DNA of 64,000 nucleotides, taken from Promethearchaeota archaeon. GTDB taxonomy: Archaea; Asgardarchaeota; Lokiarchaeia; Sigyniarchaeales; SOKP01. The notes under the pieces are model-generated. The model searched no databases. It was not told where the DNA came from and was given only the letters and a program-made list of their open reading frames with translations. Below, piece after piece: positions 41,950 through 51,712 of the stretch. A program made the position numbers and the translations under genes. The stretch covers positions 64,001 through 128,000 of the forward strand of contig JAHPZJ010000010.1 in assembly GCA_019058245.1 (NCBI GenBank). Reading direction: 5' to 3'. How positions within the stretch are numbered: the stretch's first letter is position 1; the number at the start of each line of letters is the position of its first letter.

Positions 41950-42690
41950 TTATTTCTTTAAAATTAGTTTTCTTTTTTCATTTGACAATTTTTCACTAGC
42001 ATATCTCAGAACAGGGCGAGAAAATCTCTCCTTATTACGTAATAAGTAATTATAAATTAAATCGGGATTATACTTCGAACAGGTTTTAAGAATCCATCCA
42101 ATAGCTTTCTGAATATAATCTTCAGAGTAATTTTTCATTTTTTCTACCAACTCAAATACATAATTCTCATCGAATTCCTTATTTATCATTATTATTTTAA
42201 TAAGAATTACTAATGATGCCCGTCTAACCCATAGATTTTCATTCATAGACCATTTCTCAATGGTTTTTTTCCCAAGCTTTTGATTATTTTTTTTTCCTAA
42301 AAAGGGTCCAATTACTCTTATACAACTAGAATCACAAAAAGCCCATGTATCACAGTGATTAGAGAATAGATCTTCAAACACACCAATAGTTTCTTGATTG
42401 AAATTGCTTTTAAAGTGATTAAGAAAAAATATACCAGAAAATTTCTCCTCAAGAATATTAGAACTAACTAAATTTTTACAAATATCGACAGCATCCTCAT
42501 AACTGCATTCATATTTTTTATATACATTTTTAGTAATTTTTTCTATATCAGAAATTTTATGACCATATCCAAAAAAATTAGGATTATCAGAATTCAGTAT
42601 TTTATTTCTTCGAATAATCTGTTCAGGTGTTAATTTAGGAGTAGATTTTTTTAATTCTAGTTTAATTTCCTGAGTTATTGATGTTTTTAT
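41950..42690 (-). CDS. AlkD-like DNA alkylation repair protein (probably 246 aa from an ATA start)
   Basis: W..CD, W...ENLWVRR, YIQKAIGWILK, LRYA.EK; frame stays open about 100 codons upstream of the tracked GTG (42381) with AlkD-like FFGYG..I and EEK segments. Confidence 0.85.
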   Translation of the reverse strand: MKTSITQEIKLELKKSTPKLTPEQIIRRNKILNSDNPNFFGYGHKISDIEKITKNVYKKYECSYEDAVDICKNLVSSNILEEKFSGIFFLNHFKSNFNQETIGVFEDLFSNHCDTWAFCDSSCIRVIGPFLGKKNNQKLGKKTIEKWSMNENLWVRRASLVILIKIIMINKEFDENYVFELVEKMKNYSEDYIQKAIGWILKTCSKYNPDLIYNYLLRNKERFSRPVLRYASEKLSNEKRKLILKK

Positions 42691-43853
42691 AGAAATTTCT
42701 CTAACCCCGTCTTTTTTTTTAAATCTTCTCTTTTTTCTAAGTAAGATTCAACAATTTTAATTATTTTAGGTGTAAAATTCTTTATAGTGTGTAATTCACC
42801 TCTTTTATAAACATCCAGAATCGATTCATCCAAGTTATTTAGATTTAATCCTGCCCACATTAATGTCTTATTAGTTTTCCCTGTTTTTACTGCATCTATA
42901 TATTCGCTATTTAGGAGAAATTCTGATAAAATGTAATTCCATTTCCGGAAATCTGAAGGAATCCAACGTTTTACTCGGATATTAATTTTACATTTTTGAC
43001 ATAAATCCCATAATCGAGTATTAATTCTTTTAGTATAATCTGATGGTGGATGAATTTGTCCTTTATACAAATTTAATAGAAGTTTAACAATGTGAGTATA
43101 TTTACTTTTTTTCAACTTATTGATAAAATATTGAGCTTGAGAATCTCGTAGTGTCAAACCAGGAGAAAATAAAATAAAATCTGCCCCTGCGTCTTTTGAT
43201 TTTTTTATTACATCTTCTAGATTTTCATCATTATCTTCTAGAAATGGGATAATTGGAATAAAATATGTACCAATTTGAATATTGGGGGCTTTTTTTTTAA
43301 TGGTCTTAAGAGCTTCAAGCCTTTCGGAAGGTTTCGATGAAAAAGGTTCTAAAAATTCAGCAAGTTCATCATCACTTGTACTAATAGAAAACCCAATAGT
43401 ACACCACGTATCAGCAGCAATTTTTTGAAGAATGTCAATATCTCGAGTGATTAAGTCTGATTTAGTTGCGATATTAATAGGAAATTTATATTTCGCTATT
43501 ATTCCTAAAACTTTTCTAGTATGCTCAATTTTCCTTTCTATTGGTTGATAAGCGTCATTTACTCCACCAGGGGCAATTATATCAGGTAATAAGGTTCGTG
43601 CTCTTTTAAATCTCTGATCTAATTTTTTATCAAAATTTGTCTTAATTATTACTTCATTCTCAAAGTCTTCAATATAGTATCGTTGACTACGGGCATCACA
43701 ATAAATACATGCATGAGCACATCCCGAATAAGTATTCAGGGTATAGCGAGACCAAAACCATGAATCTGGAAATTTTAATTTATTTAGAGCCGATTTAAAT
43801 TCCTTATAAATATACTTAACCATTATAATGAATGCAACTTCAGTAAAGGTCAA
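42687..43853 (-). CDS. radical SAM protein, spore photoproduct lyase-like (Rv2578c-type) family
   Basis: NTYSGCAHACIYCDAR, DAYQPIE, TKS.LI.RDID, LEP..S....RL; true start probably slightly downstream (MVKY). Confidence 0.88.
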   Translation of the reverse strand: MTFTEVAFIIMVKYIYKEFKSALNKLKFPDSWFWSRYTLNTYSGCAHACIYCDARSQRYYIEDFENEVIIKTNFDKKLDQRFKRARTLLPDIIAPGGVNDAYQPIERKIEHTRKVLGIIAKYKFPINIATKSDLITRDIDILQKIAADTWCTIGFSISTSDDELAEFLEPFSSKPSERLEALKTIKKKAPNIQIGTYFIPIIPFLEDNDENLEDVIKKSKDAGADFILFSPGLTLRDSQAQYFINKLKKSKYTHIVKLLLNLYKGQIHPPSDYTKRINTRLWDLCQKCKINIRVKRWIPSDFRKWNYILSEFLLNSEYIDAVKTGKTNKTLMWAGLNLNNLDESILDVYKRGELHTIKNFTPKIIKIVESYLEKREDLKKKTGLEKFL

Positions 43854-43910
43854 TAATAAAGGAAAAAATTTAAGATTAATTCTAAAAATCTATATCTAGT
43901 TCAAAAGATA

Positions 43911-43976
43911 TGAAAAAACGCCGTTTTTACATAAAATTTGAAGTGATCCAAAATAGTAAATAGAGGCGTTTTTTCA
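43911..43976. repeat. 12-bp perfect inverted repeat
   Basis: TGAAAAAACGCC (43911-43922) / GGCGTTTTTTCA (43965-43976). Confidence 0.7.
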
Positions 43977-44133
43977 CCAATTACATACAATTCTGTAAAT
44001 TTAACTTTTTGCTTTTTGAATTATAAATAAGAAATTAATTTCTTTTTATTTAATGAAAATATCGTGAAACCATCCTTTCACGAAGATTTTTGGATAATAA
44101 TTTACTTTCTAAATCAATCCTAATAATAAAAGA

Positions 44134-44205
44134 TGCGCGATCCGGGAATTGAACCCGGGTCATCGGCTTGGAAGGCCGAGATCCTAACCACTAGACTAAT
44201 CGCGC
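44134..44205 (-). tRNA. tRNA-Gly(TCC)
   Basis: GCGCGAT/ATCGCGC+A acceptor; TCGGC-CTTCCAA-GCCGA; CCGGG-TTCAATT-CCCGG. Confidence 0.96.
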
Positions 44206-44267
44206 TTGAAAATTTTAAAAGGCAGTGTAAGTGTAAAAATTTACCATTTCTTTTAATTTTAGTGATT

Positions 44268-44942
44268 TTAAAGAATACCATAAATAAGTTCATAGTAAGT
44301 TATAATTCTATTGGTAGCAACCCAAGCATCCAAAGAGTATTCAGAAATAGAAATTAAATTATCTGAAAGATTTTTGATATATTTCGAGAATCCACTTTTT
44401 TGAAATCCACCAATAAATGCAATGTAATTTTTATTTATATCCTTTATAAATAATTCTTCATAATCTTTAATTCTTTTACCCTTACTCGATAAGATACATA
44501 CTTCTGGATCTTTAAAATTATCTATAAGGTTTTGAAGATTACCTTCGAATGGTGTTATAAGCTTTAAAGATTCTATTTCAATTCTCCCATCTATTAACAA
44601 TTTAGCTATTAAACCTTTAAATCGATTATAATTTCTTGTTATCCTAATTTCAGGATTAAATCTGAAAATTTTATTATTAAATGTGTGGACAAATACAATT
44701 AGATTACCACTTTTATTGAGAGATGATCCTAATGCATTGAGTAAACATATATGAGTGATATCTGGTCTTCCTCTTTTTTGAAAATTTTTCAAATCTTTCA
44801 TCGCAGAAAAATGTAATGTGTTATCTAAGAGTTGAGAGGCGTAAATTCTTGGTGATAGATTCTTCTTAACTGCAGGGTGAGATCGTATTTGTTTAGGAAT
44901 TAATTCTAAACCACATTCAGTAAAGACAATAATTAATGGCAT
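44268..44942 (-). CDS. nep1: rRNA pseudouridine N1-methyltransferase Nep1/EMG1
   Basis: LELIP, LLD...H, KRGRPDI.H, RNYNRF.GL, IGGF. Confidence 0.93.
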   Translation of the reverse strand: MPLIIVFTECGLELIPKQIRSHPAVKKNLSPRIYASQLLDNTLHFSAMKDLKNFQKRGRPDITHICLLNALGSSLNKSGNLIVFVHTFNNKIFRFNPEIRITRNYNRFKGLIAKLLIDGRIEIESLKLITPFEGNLQNLIDNFKDPEVCILSSKGKRIKDYEELFIKDINKNYIAFIGGFQKSGFSKYIKNLSDNLISISEYSLDAWVATNRIITYYELIYGIL

Positions 44943-44958
44943 AACAATTATAAAATAT

Positions 44959-45315
44959 TTATTGAATATTACTTCTAATTTGGTTTGTTTTTAATTTTAT
45001 AAAGTATCTTGTCGTTTTATTACATTCAAAACAAGTTAAAGAAACATGAGAGCCTTTTCCTTTAGAGTGAATTCTAATCCGGTAATTCAATCCAGGGTAT
45101 AAAAACCTTTTGCATTTATGACAAATTCTCTTTTTCCACTCATCAGGAACTCTTATCTTGGTCCTTTGGGCATATCGTCTTGCCAAATAAGTGTATCGAT
45201 TTGCTAATTCTCGATTTTCTAGGAAAATTTCGTGAGCTTTCTGAAATAAATAAAGCATTCTGATGTTTGCAATTTTTTTTACAATATATCTCGAATTTTT
45301 ACTCCTTTTTGGCAT
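44959..45315 (-). CDS. rnp4: RNase P protein component 4 (Rpp21)
   Basis: IA..R...LF, A.RY..LAR, KRICHKC..L.PG...CFEC...RY. Confidence 0.93.
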   Translation of the reverse strand: MPKRSKNSRYIVKKIANIRMLYLFQKAHEIFLENRELANRYTYLARRYAQRTKIRVPDEWKKRICHKCKRFLYPGLNYRIRIHSKGKGSHVSLTCFECNKTTRYFIKLKTNQIRSNIQ

Positions 45316-45335
45316 TTAAATTATCTTTAATATTA

Positions 45336-45623
45336 TTATTTTAACTTATCCAACTTAACTAAGGAAAGGATGAATATTTTACCTCTAACATCTATTAAAT
45401 GAGAGGATGTTAATTGTGAAATCTTATTAGCTAATTCACTTATATTTAATTTTAGAGCAATAGATTTTAATGCCTTGACTTTAATTATCTTATATCTCTT
45501 TAATAATTTATTTACATGGTTAACAAACTCATCCGTTATCCCATTTTTTCCTATAATACAATCTGGTTGTGATATTAAAGTTTTCTTAAATTCTTTTTGG
45601 TAATCCATCGTTCTAGAACGCAA
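45336..45623 (-). CDS. YhbY/CRM-family RNA-binding protein
   Basis: IGKNGIT, IIKVK.LKS, DVRG. Confidence 0.88.
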   Translation of the reverse strand: MRSRTMDYQKEFKKTLISQPDCIIGKNGITDEFVNHVNKLLKRYKIIKVKALKSIALKLNISELANKISQLTSSHLIDVRGKIFILSLVKLDKLK

Positions 45624-45700
45624 AAAATAGGAAAAATTTTTAATTTATTCTGACTTTTTAAACGTATTATAGTTAATAAAGAAGTATACAATTAAAGATC

Positions 45701-46126
45701 ATGTCAATATATGTCGTTCAACCAGAAAGACTTGTTGAAGCAATAGCAGAAAAATTGAAAGAGTATCCAGAAATTTCACCACCTAAAGGCTCAGAATTTT
45801 GGAAAACTGCCTTTTTTAAAGAATTAGCCCCACATGACTCAGATAACTTCTGGTATATCAGATGTGCCTCTCTTCTTAGAAAAGTGAAGAAGTTTGGTCC
45901 CATTGGTGTAAATAAACTTAGAAAATTTTATGGGGGACGAAATAGAAAAGGTCCTGGTCGAAGTCACTCTGCAAAGGGAAGTGGAAAAATTATTAGAGTA
46001 GCCCTACAACAATTAGAAAATGCAAATTTACTCATGAAAGTTGAAAAAGAAGGAAGAGTAGTTTCTGCTGAAGGTACAAGTCTATTAGAACGAACGGCAT
46101 ATACAGTTTTAAGACATAAAACCTAA
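45701..46126 (+). CDS. rps19e: 30S ribosomal protein S19e
   Basis: KT..FKE..P, WYIRCASLLRK, GPIGV, GSGKIIRVALQQLE. Confidence 0.96.
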   Translation: MSIYVVQPERLVEAIAEKLKEYPEISPPKGSEFWKTAFFKELAPHDSDNFWYIRCASLLRKVKKFGPIGVNKLRKFYGGRNRKGPGRSHSAKGSGKIIRVALQQLENANLLMKVEKEGRVVSAEGTSLLERTAYTVLRHKT

Positions 46127-46151
46127 GAATTGGAAACTTTAGGGATTTAAA

Positions 46152-46493
46152 GTGAGTAATGACGAGGAATTAGATAATATCAGAAAAAGAAAGTTACAGG
46201 AACTGCAACAACAAGCGGCTCAACAACAAATAGCTGAAGCTCAACAAAAAGATTTTGAAAAAAAAAAATATCAAATTATGAGAAAGATATTAAGTCAAGA
46301 AGGAAGACAACGATTAGAAAATATTCGGATGGTTAAACCAGAATTTGCACAACAAATCGAATTACAGTTGATCCAATTATTTCAATCAGGACAACTAAGA
46401 GGAGCAATACCTCTACCAGATAAAGCATTTAAAAAACTTTTAGAGCAAATATCCTCGATGGGAAGGAAGAAAGGATTTAATATAAAAAAATAA
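46152..46493 (+). CDS. PDCD5-like DNA-binding protein
   Basis: DEEL..IR..KLQEL, IL..E.R.RL.NI..VKPE; conserved position after rps19e. Confidence 0.93.
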   Translation: MSNDEELDNIRKRKLQELQQQAAQQQIAEAQQKDFEKKKYQIMRKILSQEGRQRLENIRMVKPEFAQQIELQLIQLFQSGQLRGAIPLPDKAFKKLLEQISSMGRKKGFNIKK

Positions 46494-46531
46494 TTTAAAT
46501 TATTACAAAAATTTTAAAGAGATTGAGATCT

Positions 46532-46693
46532 ATGGCAAGAAATAAGGATTTACCTTCTAAATTACGAAGAGCAAAAAAATATAAGCAGAGTCAATCAATT
46601 CCAAGCTGGGTTACAATAAAAACAAATCGTAAAGTGAGGGATAGCCCCTACTCTTCAAGAACATGGCGAAATACAAGATTAAAACGAGATTAA
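46532..46693 (+). CDS. rpl39e: 50S ribosomal protein L39e (not in ORF track)
   Basis: MARNKDLPSKLRRAKKYKQSQSIPSWVTIKTNRKVRDSPYSSRTWRNTRLKRD; conserved position before rpl31e. Confidence 0.93.
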   Translation: MARNKDLPSKLRRAKKYKQSQSIPSWVTIKTNRKVRDSPYSSRTWRNTRLKRD

Positions 46694-46722
46694 ATAAAAT
46701 AATTTCAAAAAATTGAAGGATA

Positions 46723-47163
46723 ATGGCAAAAAAGGAAAAAGAGATCAATTTAGAGGATTTGGAAGAGGAATTAGGAGAATCTGAAGAATCAGAAGAAATT
46801 GAAGAAATAGAAGAATTCAGTTTGGATGAAATCTCAGAAGAAGAAGAAATAAGTGAGATTTTTGAAGAAGAGATTGAAGAAGAGGAAGAAGAAATAGAAG
46901 TTCCAAAAGAAGAAATAATTGATGAACGGATATATATAGTCCCTCTTGCTAAAGCACGGAATGGCCCAAGAAATAAAAGAGCTAAAAAAGCAATTAGGTT
47001 TTTAAAAGAATATATAACACGACATTTCAAGCCAGAATCTTTAGTAATTACTCAAGAAGTGAATGAACGTATTTGGTCCAAAGGAATTCAAAAACCACCA
47101 CGAAAATTAAAAGTTAGGGCAACCAAAAATATTGATGGATTAGTGGTTGTTTATTTAAGTTAA
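46723..47163 (+). CDS. rpl31e: 50S ribosomal protein L31e with acidic N-terminal extension
   Basis: ERIYIVPL, KRAKKAI, RH.K, VNE.IW..GIQKPPRK.KV. Confidence 0.95.
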   Translation: MAKKEKEINLEDLEEELGESEESEEIEEIEEFSLDEISEEEEISEIFEEEIEEEEEEIEVPKEEIIDERIYIVPLAKARNGPRNKRAKKAIRFLKEYITRHFKPESLVITQEVNERIWSKGIQKPPRKLKVRATKNIDGLVVVYLS

Positions 47164-47253
47164 AAATCACCACTTGTTATATAATTTTAAAAGTAAAATG
47201 TTCTCTTTTTAGATAAAAAATTAAAGAAATAGAATCAAATCAGTTTATCATAA

Positions 47254-47925
47254 ATGGCAATTATTAAGGCGCAAATTTTTGGTCGAAATTTAATTGGAGC
47301 GTTTCTAGCTGCTAATAATTCTTATGTACTTTATCCACCAACAATGATAAAACCGTTACTAAAAAAATTCAAAATTATTTTCGAAGAACCTTTTTATCCA
47401 CTTACAATTAATAATTCTAATTTACTGGGTATCTATTCTGCATCAAATAAATATGGAATTATTGTACCTCACATTATAAGAGAAGATGAGCTAAATAATT
47501 TAAGATCATTTGTAAATAAATCATATAATATAGGAGTTTTAAAATCAGTTGATAATGCTTTTGGAAATTTAATTCTATGTAATGATAAGGGAGCGATAAT
47601 TAGTTCATTTTTAAAAAATTATAGAACTGAGATTGAAGAAATATTAAATGTTGAGACTGTAATTTATGAATTTGCTAATTTTTTCCTTCCTGGTTCAATT
47701 TCAATAGCAAATAATAATGGTTGTTTGGTTCATCCTTTATCTACAGATGAGGAGATTGAATTTATATCATCAATTTTAAAGGTTGACGAGGTTGATGTAT
47801 CAACCATTAATCGTGGAGTACCTTATTTAAGTTCAGGAGCAATAGTAAACGATAAAAGTGGAATATTTGGTATGAATTCTACAGGTCCAGAATTAATGAG
47901 ACTTACATCAGTTCTTAAACTTTAA
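47254..47925 (+). CDS. eif6: translation initiation factor 6
   Basis: GNLILCNDKGA, ANNNGCLVHP, TINRG.PY..SG. Confidence 0.95.
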   Translation: MAIIKAQIFGRNLIGAFLAANNSYVLYPPTMIKPLLKKFKIIFEEPFYPLTINNSNLLGIYSASNKYGIIVPHIIREDELNNLRSFVNKSYNIGVLKSVDNAFGNLILCNDKGAIISSFLKNYRTEIEEILNVETVIYEFANFFLPGSISIANNNGCLVHPLSTDEEIEFISSILKVDEVDVSTINRGVPYLSSGAIVNDKSGIFGMNSTGPELMRLTSVLKL

Positions 47926-48021
47926 TTCTTATTCTTTATTAAAGCAGAAAAAAGAAAAAATTAATATTTTTTTATAAATTATCCTATTCTAAAGGTTTTG
48001 AAATTGTGGTTTTAATTAGTT

Positions 48022-48249
48022 ATGTCAGAAATAAAAATTTTTAGAATAATTGGTAGTTATAAAAAAGATCATAAAAAATATTTATTTAGAAAAGAAATTC
48101 GTTCATTGAAGGAAGAAGATGCTCTTGAAAAGGTATTAAGTCAAATTACTTCAATTGGTATATTCAGACGTCAGATTAATGTTCAAGAAATAAAGGAAAT
48201 ATCTTTAGAAGAATCTCAAGATCATCTTATTCGAGAATTATCAGAATAA
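48022..48249 (+). CDS. rpl18a: 50S ribosomal protein L18Ae/LX
   Basis: K.FRI.G, FRKEIR..KEE.ALEKV.S; conserved position between eIF6 and prefoldin. Confidence 0.88.
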   Translation: MSEIKIFRIIGSYKKDHKKYLFRKEIRSLKEEDALEKVLSQITSIGIFRRQINVQEIKEISLEESQDHLIRELSE

Positions 48250-48272
48250 ATAGAAAAGAAGTATTACTAGAA

Positions 48273-48698
48273 TTGATAAAGATGGAAGGATCTCAAAAAT
48301 ACCAAGAACAATTATTACAAATTCAATACTTTAGGGAACAGTATAGTATGATTCAAGAACAATTAGAATTAATGAATGCCTCTCTTGGAAATATTTTAAA
48401 TACTAAAATAACCATTCAAAATATTAAAGAAGGAGTAAAGGAAGGTGATGAAATTCTTGTTCCGATTGGAGGTTTAGTCAATATAAAAGCAATAATTAAA
48501 GAACCAGAGAAGTTTTTATTAAATATTCCTCAAGATGTTGTTATTGAAAAGGATTTAGATGGAACCATTGAATTTCTTGATAAAAATATTGAAAAACATA
48601 ATCAGCAAATTGAATATTTAAATAACCAACTACAAAAAGTGGAAATGACCCTTCGGCAAATTTCCGAAAATGTACAAAGGACTTATTCACAACAGTAG
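48273..48698 (+). CDS. pfdA: prefoldin alpha subunit
   Basis: Coiled coils flanking EILVPIGG and VVIEK. Confidence 0.92.
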   Translation: MIKMEGSQKYQEQLLQIQYFREQYSMIQEQLELMNASLGNILNTKITIQNIKEGVKEGDEILVPIGGLVNIKAIIKEPEKFLLNIPQDVVIEKDLDGTIEFLDKNIEKHNQQIEYLNNQLQKVEMTLRQISENVQRTYSQQ

Positions 48699-48756
48699 AA
48701 TTATTTATTTAAACTTATTTTAAATTTAACATATTTTATAATTTCTGGAGAATTTC

Positions 48757-49650
48757 ATGCTTGAAAAATTAAAAAAAACTTTTTCTTCATTTGTTAATAA
48801 AACTTTAACAGAAAAAAAATTAGAGAATACAATCAATGATTTAAAACTGCTTCTTTTAAGTAATGATGTGGCTGTTGATACGGCTGATGAAATATGTAAA
48901 AAGATTACTGAATCTTTTGAAGGAGAACAATTAGGTCGTTTGAGTTCAACGCGAAAAATATTATTTGAGACTTTAAAAGAGACCATAACTAAGATTCTAA
49001 CACCAGAAGAAGAAGTTAATTTACTTGAAGAAATTAAAAAAAAAAAAGGAAAACCTTATGTAATTGTTTTTCTTGGTGTCAATGGTACAGGAAAAACTAC
49101 TACTATGGCTAAAATCGCGAATCTTTTAAAAAATAATGGTTTTTCAATTGTAGCAGCAGCAGCAGATACATTCCGAGCAGCTGCAATTGAACAGTTAAAA
49201 TATCATATGGATAAGGTAGGAATAAGAGTTATAAAACATGAATATAAATCAGATCCTGCTTCCGTCGCCTATGATGCTATTGAACACGCAAAAGCAAAAA
49301 ATATTGATGTTGTTTTAGTGGATACAGCCGGTAGACAAGTGACAGACAAAAACTTAATGATCGAAATTCAAAAAATATGCAGAATTGCCAAACCTGATTT
49401 AATTCTTTTTATAGGTGATAGTTTAGCAGGAAACGATGCTCTTTTTCAAGCAAAAGAGTTCAATAAACATGTAGGGATTGATGCCAATATTTTGACTAAA
49501 CTTGATGCTGATGCTAAAGGTGGCGCTGCCTTATCAATTTCTTTTGAAACCAAGAAGCCAATAATTTTTTGTGGTGTGGGACAAGGTTATAATGATTTAA
49601 TTCCATTTGATCATGAGATTTTTATATCAAATATATTAGAGCAAGAATAA
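48757..49650 (+). CDS. ftsY: SRP receptor FtsY
   Basis: GVNGTGKTTT, DTFRAAA, DTAGR, TKLDADAKGG, GVGQ. Confidence 0.97.
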   Translation: MLEKLKKTFSSFVNKTLTEKKLENTINDLKLLLLSNDVAVDTADEICKKITESFEGEQLGRLSSTRKILFETLKETITKILTPEEEVNLLEEIKKKKGKPYVIVFLGVNGTGKTTTMAKIANLLKNNGFSIVAAAADTFRAAAIEQLKYHMDKVGIRVIKHEYKSDPASVAYDAIEHAKAKNIDVVLVDTAGRQVTDKNLMIEIQKICRIAKPDLILFIGDSLAGNDALFQAKEFNKHVGIDANILTKLDADAKGGAALSISFETKKPIIFCGVGQGYNDLIPFDHEIFISNILEQE

Positions 49651-49711
49651 AATGAAATAGAGCTTTGATCTCAAGAGATAAATTTTTATCTGACAGTACT
49701 TTATTTTAAGT

Positions 49712-49960
49712 GTGTCAAATTACCCGAAATATGATAAATATAATATAGCTAAGAAGAAGAAAAAGGCAGGTTATTATAATAGAATCACAACTTTTTTCCA
49801 AAATTCAAGGAGAATATTAAAAGTAGCATCTAAGCCAAGTAGAAAAGATTACTTCTTAGTTTTCAAAATATGTATCATAGGAATTGCACTTTTAGGTGTT
49901 GTTTCATATGTAATTCAATTAATCTTTTCTCTTCTTAACATTACTAAATGGGGACAATAA
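49712..49960 (+). CDS. secE: preprotein translocase SecE/Sec61-gamma
   Basis: RILKVASKPSR.DY followed by a single C-terminal TM. Confidence 0.9.
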   Translation: MSNYPKYDKYNIAKKKKKAGYYNRITTFFQNSRRILKVASKPSRKDYFLVFKICIIGIALLGVVSYVIQLIFSLLNITKWGQ

Positions 49961-49980
49961 CACTTAAGAGATAAATTCAT

Positions 49981-51165
49981 TTAGAAAAAATGGATTAATA
50001 TTTGCTCGGGAATAGTTAATTCTTCTTCTTTATTTTTACATGCAATAAATTTAATTTTCATATTTATTGAGAGAGATAGAAGTCTTTTTGTTAAAATACC
50101 ATCAATAATTAAAAACTTAGTATCTTTAAAGTCTCTAATTTTTTCAAATAGTTCACCCACAGGGATATCAAACAACTTATCAAGATTCTTATTAAATCCA
50201 ATAGCAAACCCCGCTTCAATATTCTTAGTTGATTCGATTATAATTCCATCATCCTTAATTTTGAGTTTTTTTAAGATTTTTTGAAAATTATCGGTTGATT
50301 CAACAGCTAATTTCTTATTTATTCCATTTTCTTTTGATATTTTCAGTGATTTTGCTGGCTTTTTATTTTGTAAAGCTTTTATCATTTGTTTTCTGGTTAA
50401 TTCTTCAACTTCAAATCCATCAGGAGCTCTAGTAACAGAATTAATCTTAGTCACTTGTAAAAGTTCATTAAGGATAATTGTTCCCCCCCTATCTCCATCT
50501 ACAAAAGCTGTAACTGATTTCTTTTGCTTAGCTAATTTGATTACAGATTTGGGTACATGAGTTCCTTGAACTGCTATAGTATTTTTAATACCAATTCTTA
50601 ATAAATTAAGAACATCAGCTCGACCCTCAACAATAATCAATTCTGGATTTGATTCCACTTCTGGACCTGCTGGAAGATTTTCAGGACCCCAAGAAATTAT
50701 TTCTCCAAGTTTAATATCTGTATCGATTTGTTCTTCAATTTCACTCTGATCTAATGATTTTTGATCCCATTCTTTTAAAAGTTCGGCGGCTCTTTCAATA
50801 ATTTTTTGCCTTTTAGTTTCTCTTACATCTCGAATTTCAATTAGTTTAATTTCAGCTTCGCAAGGACCAACTCGAGAAACCGTCTCTACAGTAGCGGCTA
50901 AAAGAGCAGTCTCCCTTCTGGTTAATGATGATGGAATGTTAATGGTACCTTCTGAAATTCCTTCTTTAGATTCATTTTCCACTTCAATTCTTCCAATACG
51001 TCCTGATTTCTGTAGATCTCTTAAATCTAGATCTAAAAGTAATCCTTCTGTTTGTCCAAATATTGCCCCGACAATATCTGACTTCTCTACAACTCCTTTA
51101 ATTTTGAATTTGACTTCAATAATATATTTTGTTGTAAATTCATTTTGGCTTGTAATTTTGACCAC
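49981..51165 (-). CDS. dnaG: archaeal DnaG primase-like protein
   Basis: GVVEKSDIVGAIFGQTEGL, GRIGRI, IVEGRADVLNL, FVDGDRGG. Confidence 0.96.
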   Translation of the reverse strand: MVKITSQNEFTTKYIIEVKFKIKGVVEKSDIVGAIFGQTEGLLLDLDLRDLQKSGRIGRIEVENESKEGISEGTINIPSSLTRRETALLAATVETVSRVGPCEAEIKLIEIRDVRETKRQKIIERAAELLKEWDQKSLDQSEIEEQIDTDIKLGEIISWGPENLPAGPEVESNPELIIVEGRADVLNLLRIGIKNTIAVQGTHVPKSVIKLAKQKKSVTAFVDGDRGGTIILNELLQVTKINSVTRAPDGFEVEELTRKQMIKALQNKKPAKSLKISKENGINKKLAVESTDNFQKILKKLKIKDDGIIIESTKNIEAGFAIGFNKNLDKLFDIPVGELFEKIRDFKDTKFLIIDGILTKRLLSLSINMKIKFIACKNKEEELTIPEQILIHFF

Positions 51166-51712
51166 TTCCTTTTCTATTTTAATAATTTTTTATTTGTTCA
51201 ATAAAACAGAACTTAAAGGAAGTCTTATGAAATAGAAGTAGAATCTAGCAAAATGGAATAGAAATCATTCCATTATAGTTTTATCTAATTGAATTCTATA
51301 TTATTTTATCATTTAAGATATTATTATAAATTATTATTAAACTTGAATTATAAAACTACTTCTTATTTATAATTATATTTCTTACTTGTAAGTTTGATTT
51401 ACTGAACTCTTTATTTTTTTATTTTTTTTTTATTAACTACTTAATCGTTTTAATTAATTGGTGAAAATTTTTAATTCTTTTATTTGGAAATTTAATAATA
51501 TAAATGTAATATTATGATTGGTTATTATTTTTATAATATAATAAATAATTTTGATAACATTTACTATTATATCTACTAAAAATTATTTAACCAATTTATT
51601 TTTTTGCTAATTGGAAAAAAATTATCGTGATTTGTCGATCTATTTAGTTAGTTTTTTATGTTATTTTTATTTTTGATATTATAAATTATAGGTTTCAAAC
51701 CAAGTTTAAAAT

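Noticed and set aside
44133-44357. 74-aa ORF in the track
   Set aside because: It is the antisense reading of tRNA-Gly and the end of nep1.
46750-46900. GAAGAA-rich tract as a DNA tandem repeat or CRISPR
   Set aside because: Explained by Glu codons in the L31e extension; no repeat-spacer periodicity here or elsewhere in the window.
51166-51712. Long AT-rich intergenic gap as a replication origin or ncRNA
   Set aside because: No ORB-like repeats, no adjacent cdc6/orc1 and no GC-rich structure; consistent with divergent promoters.
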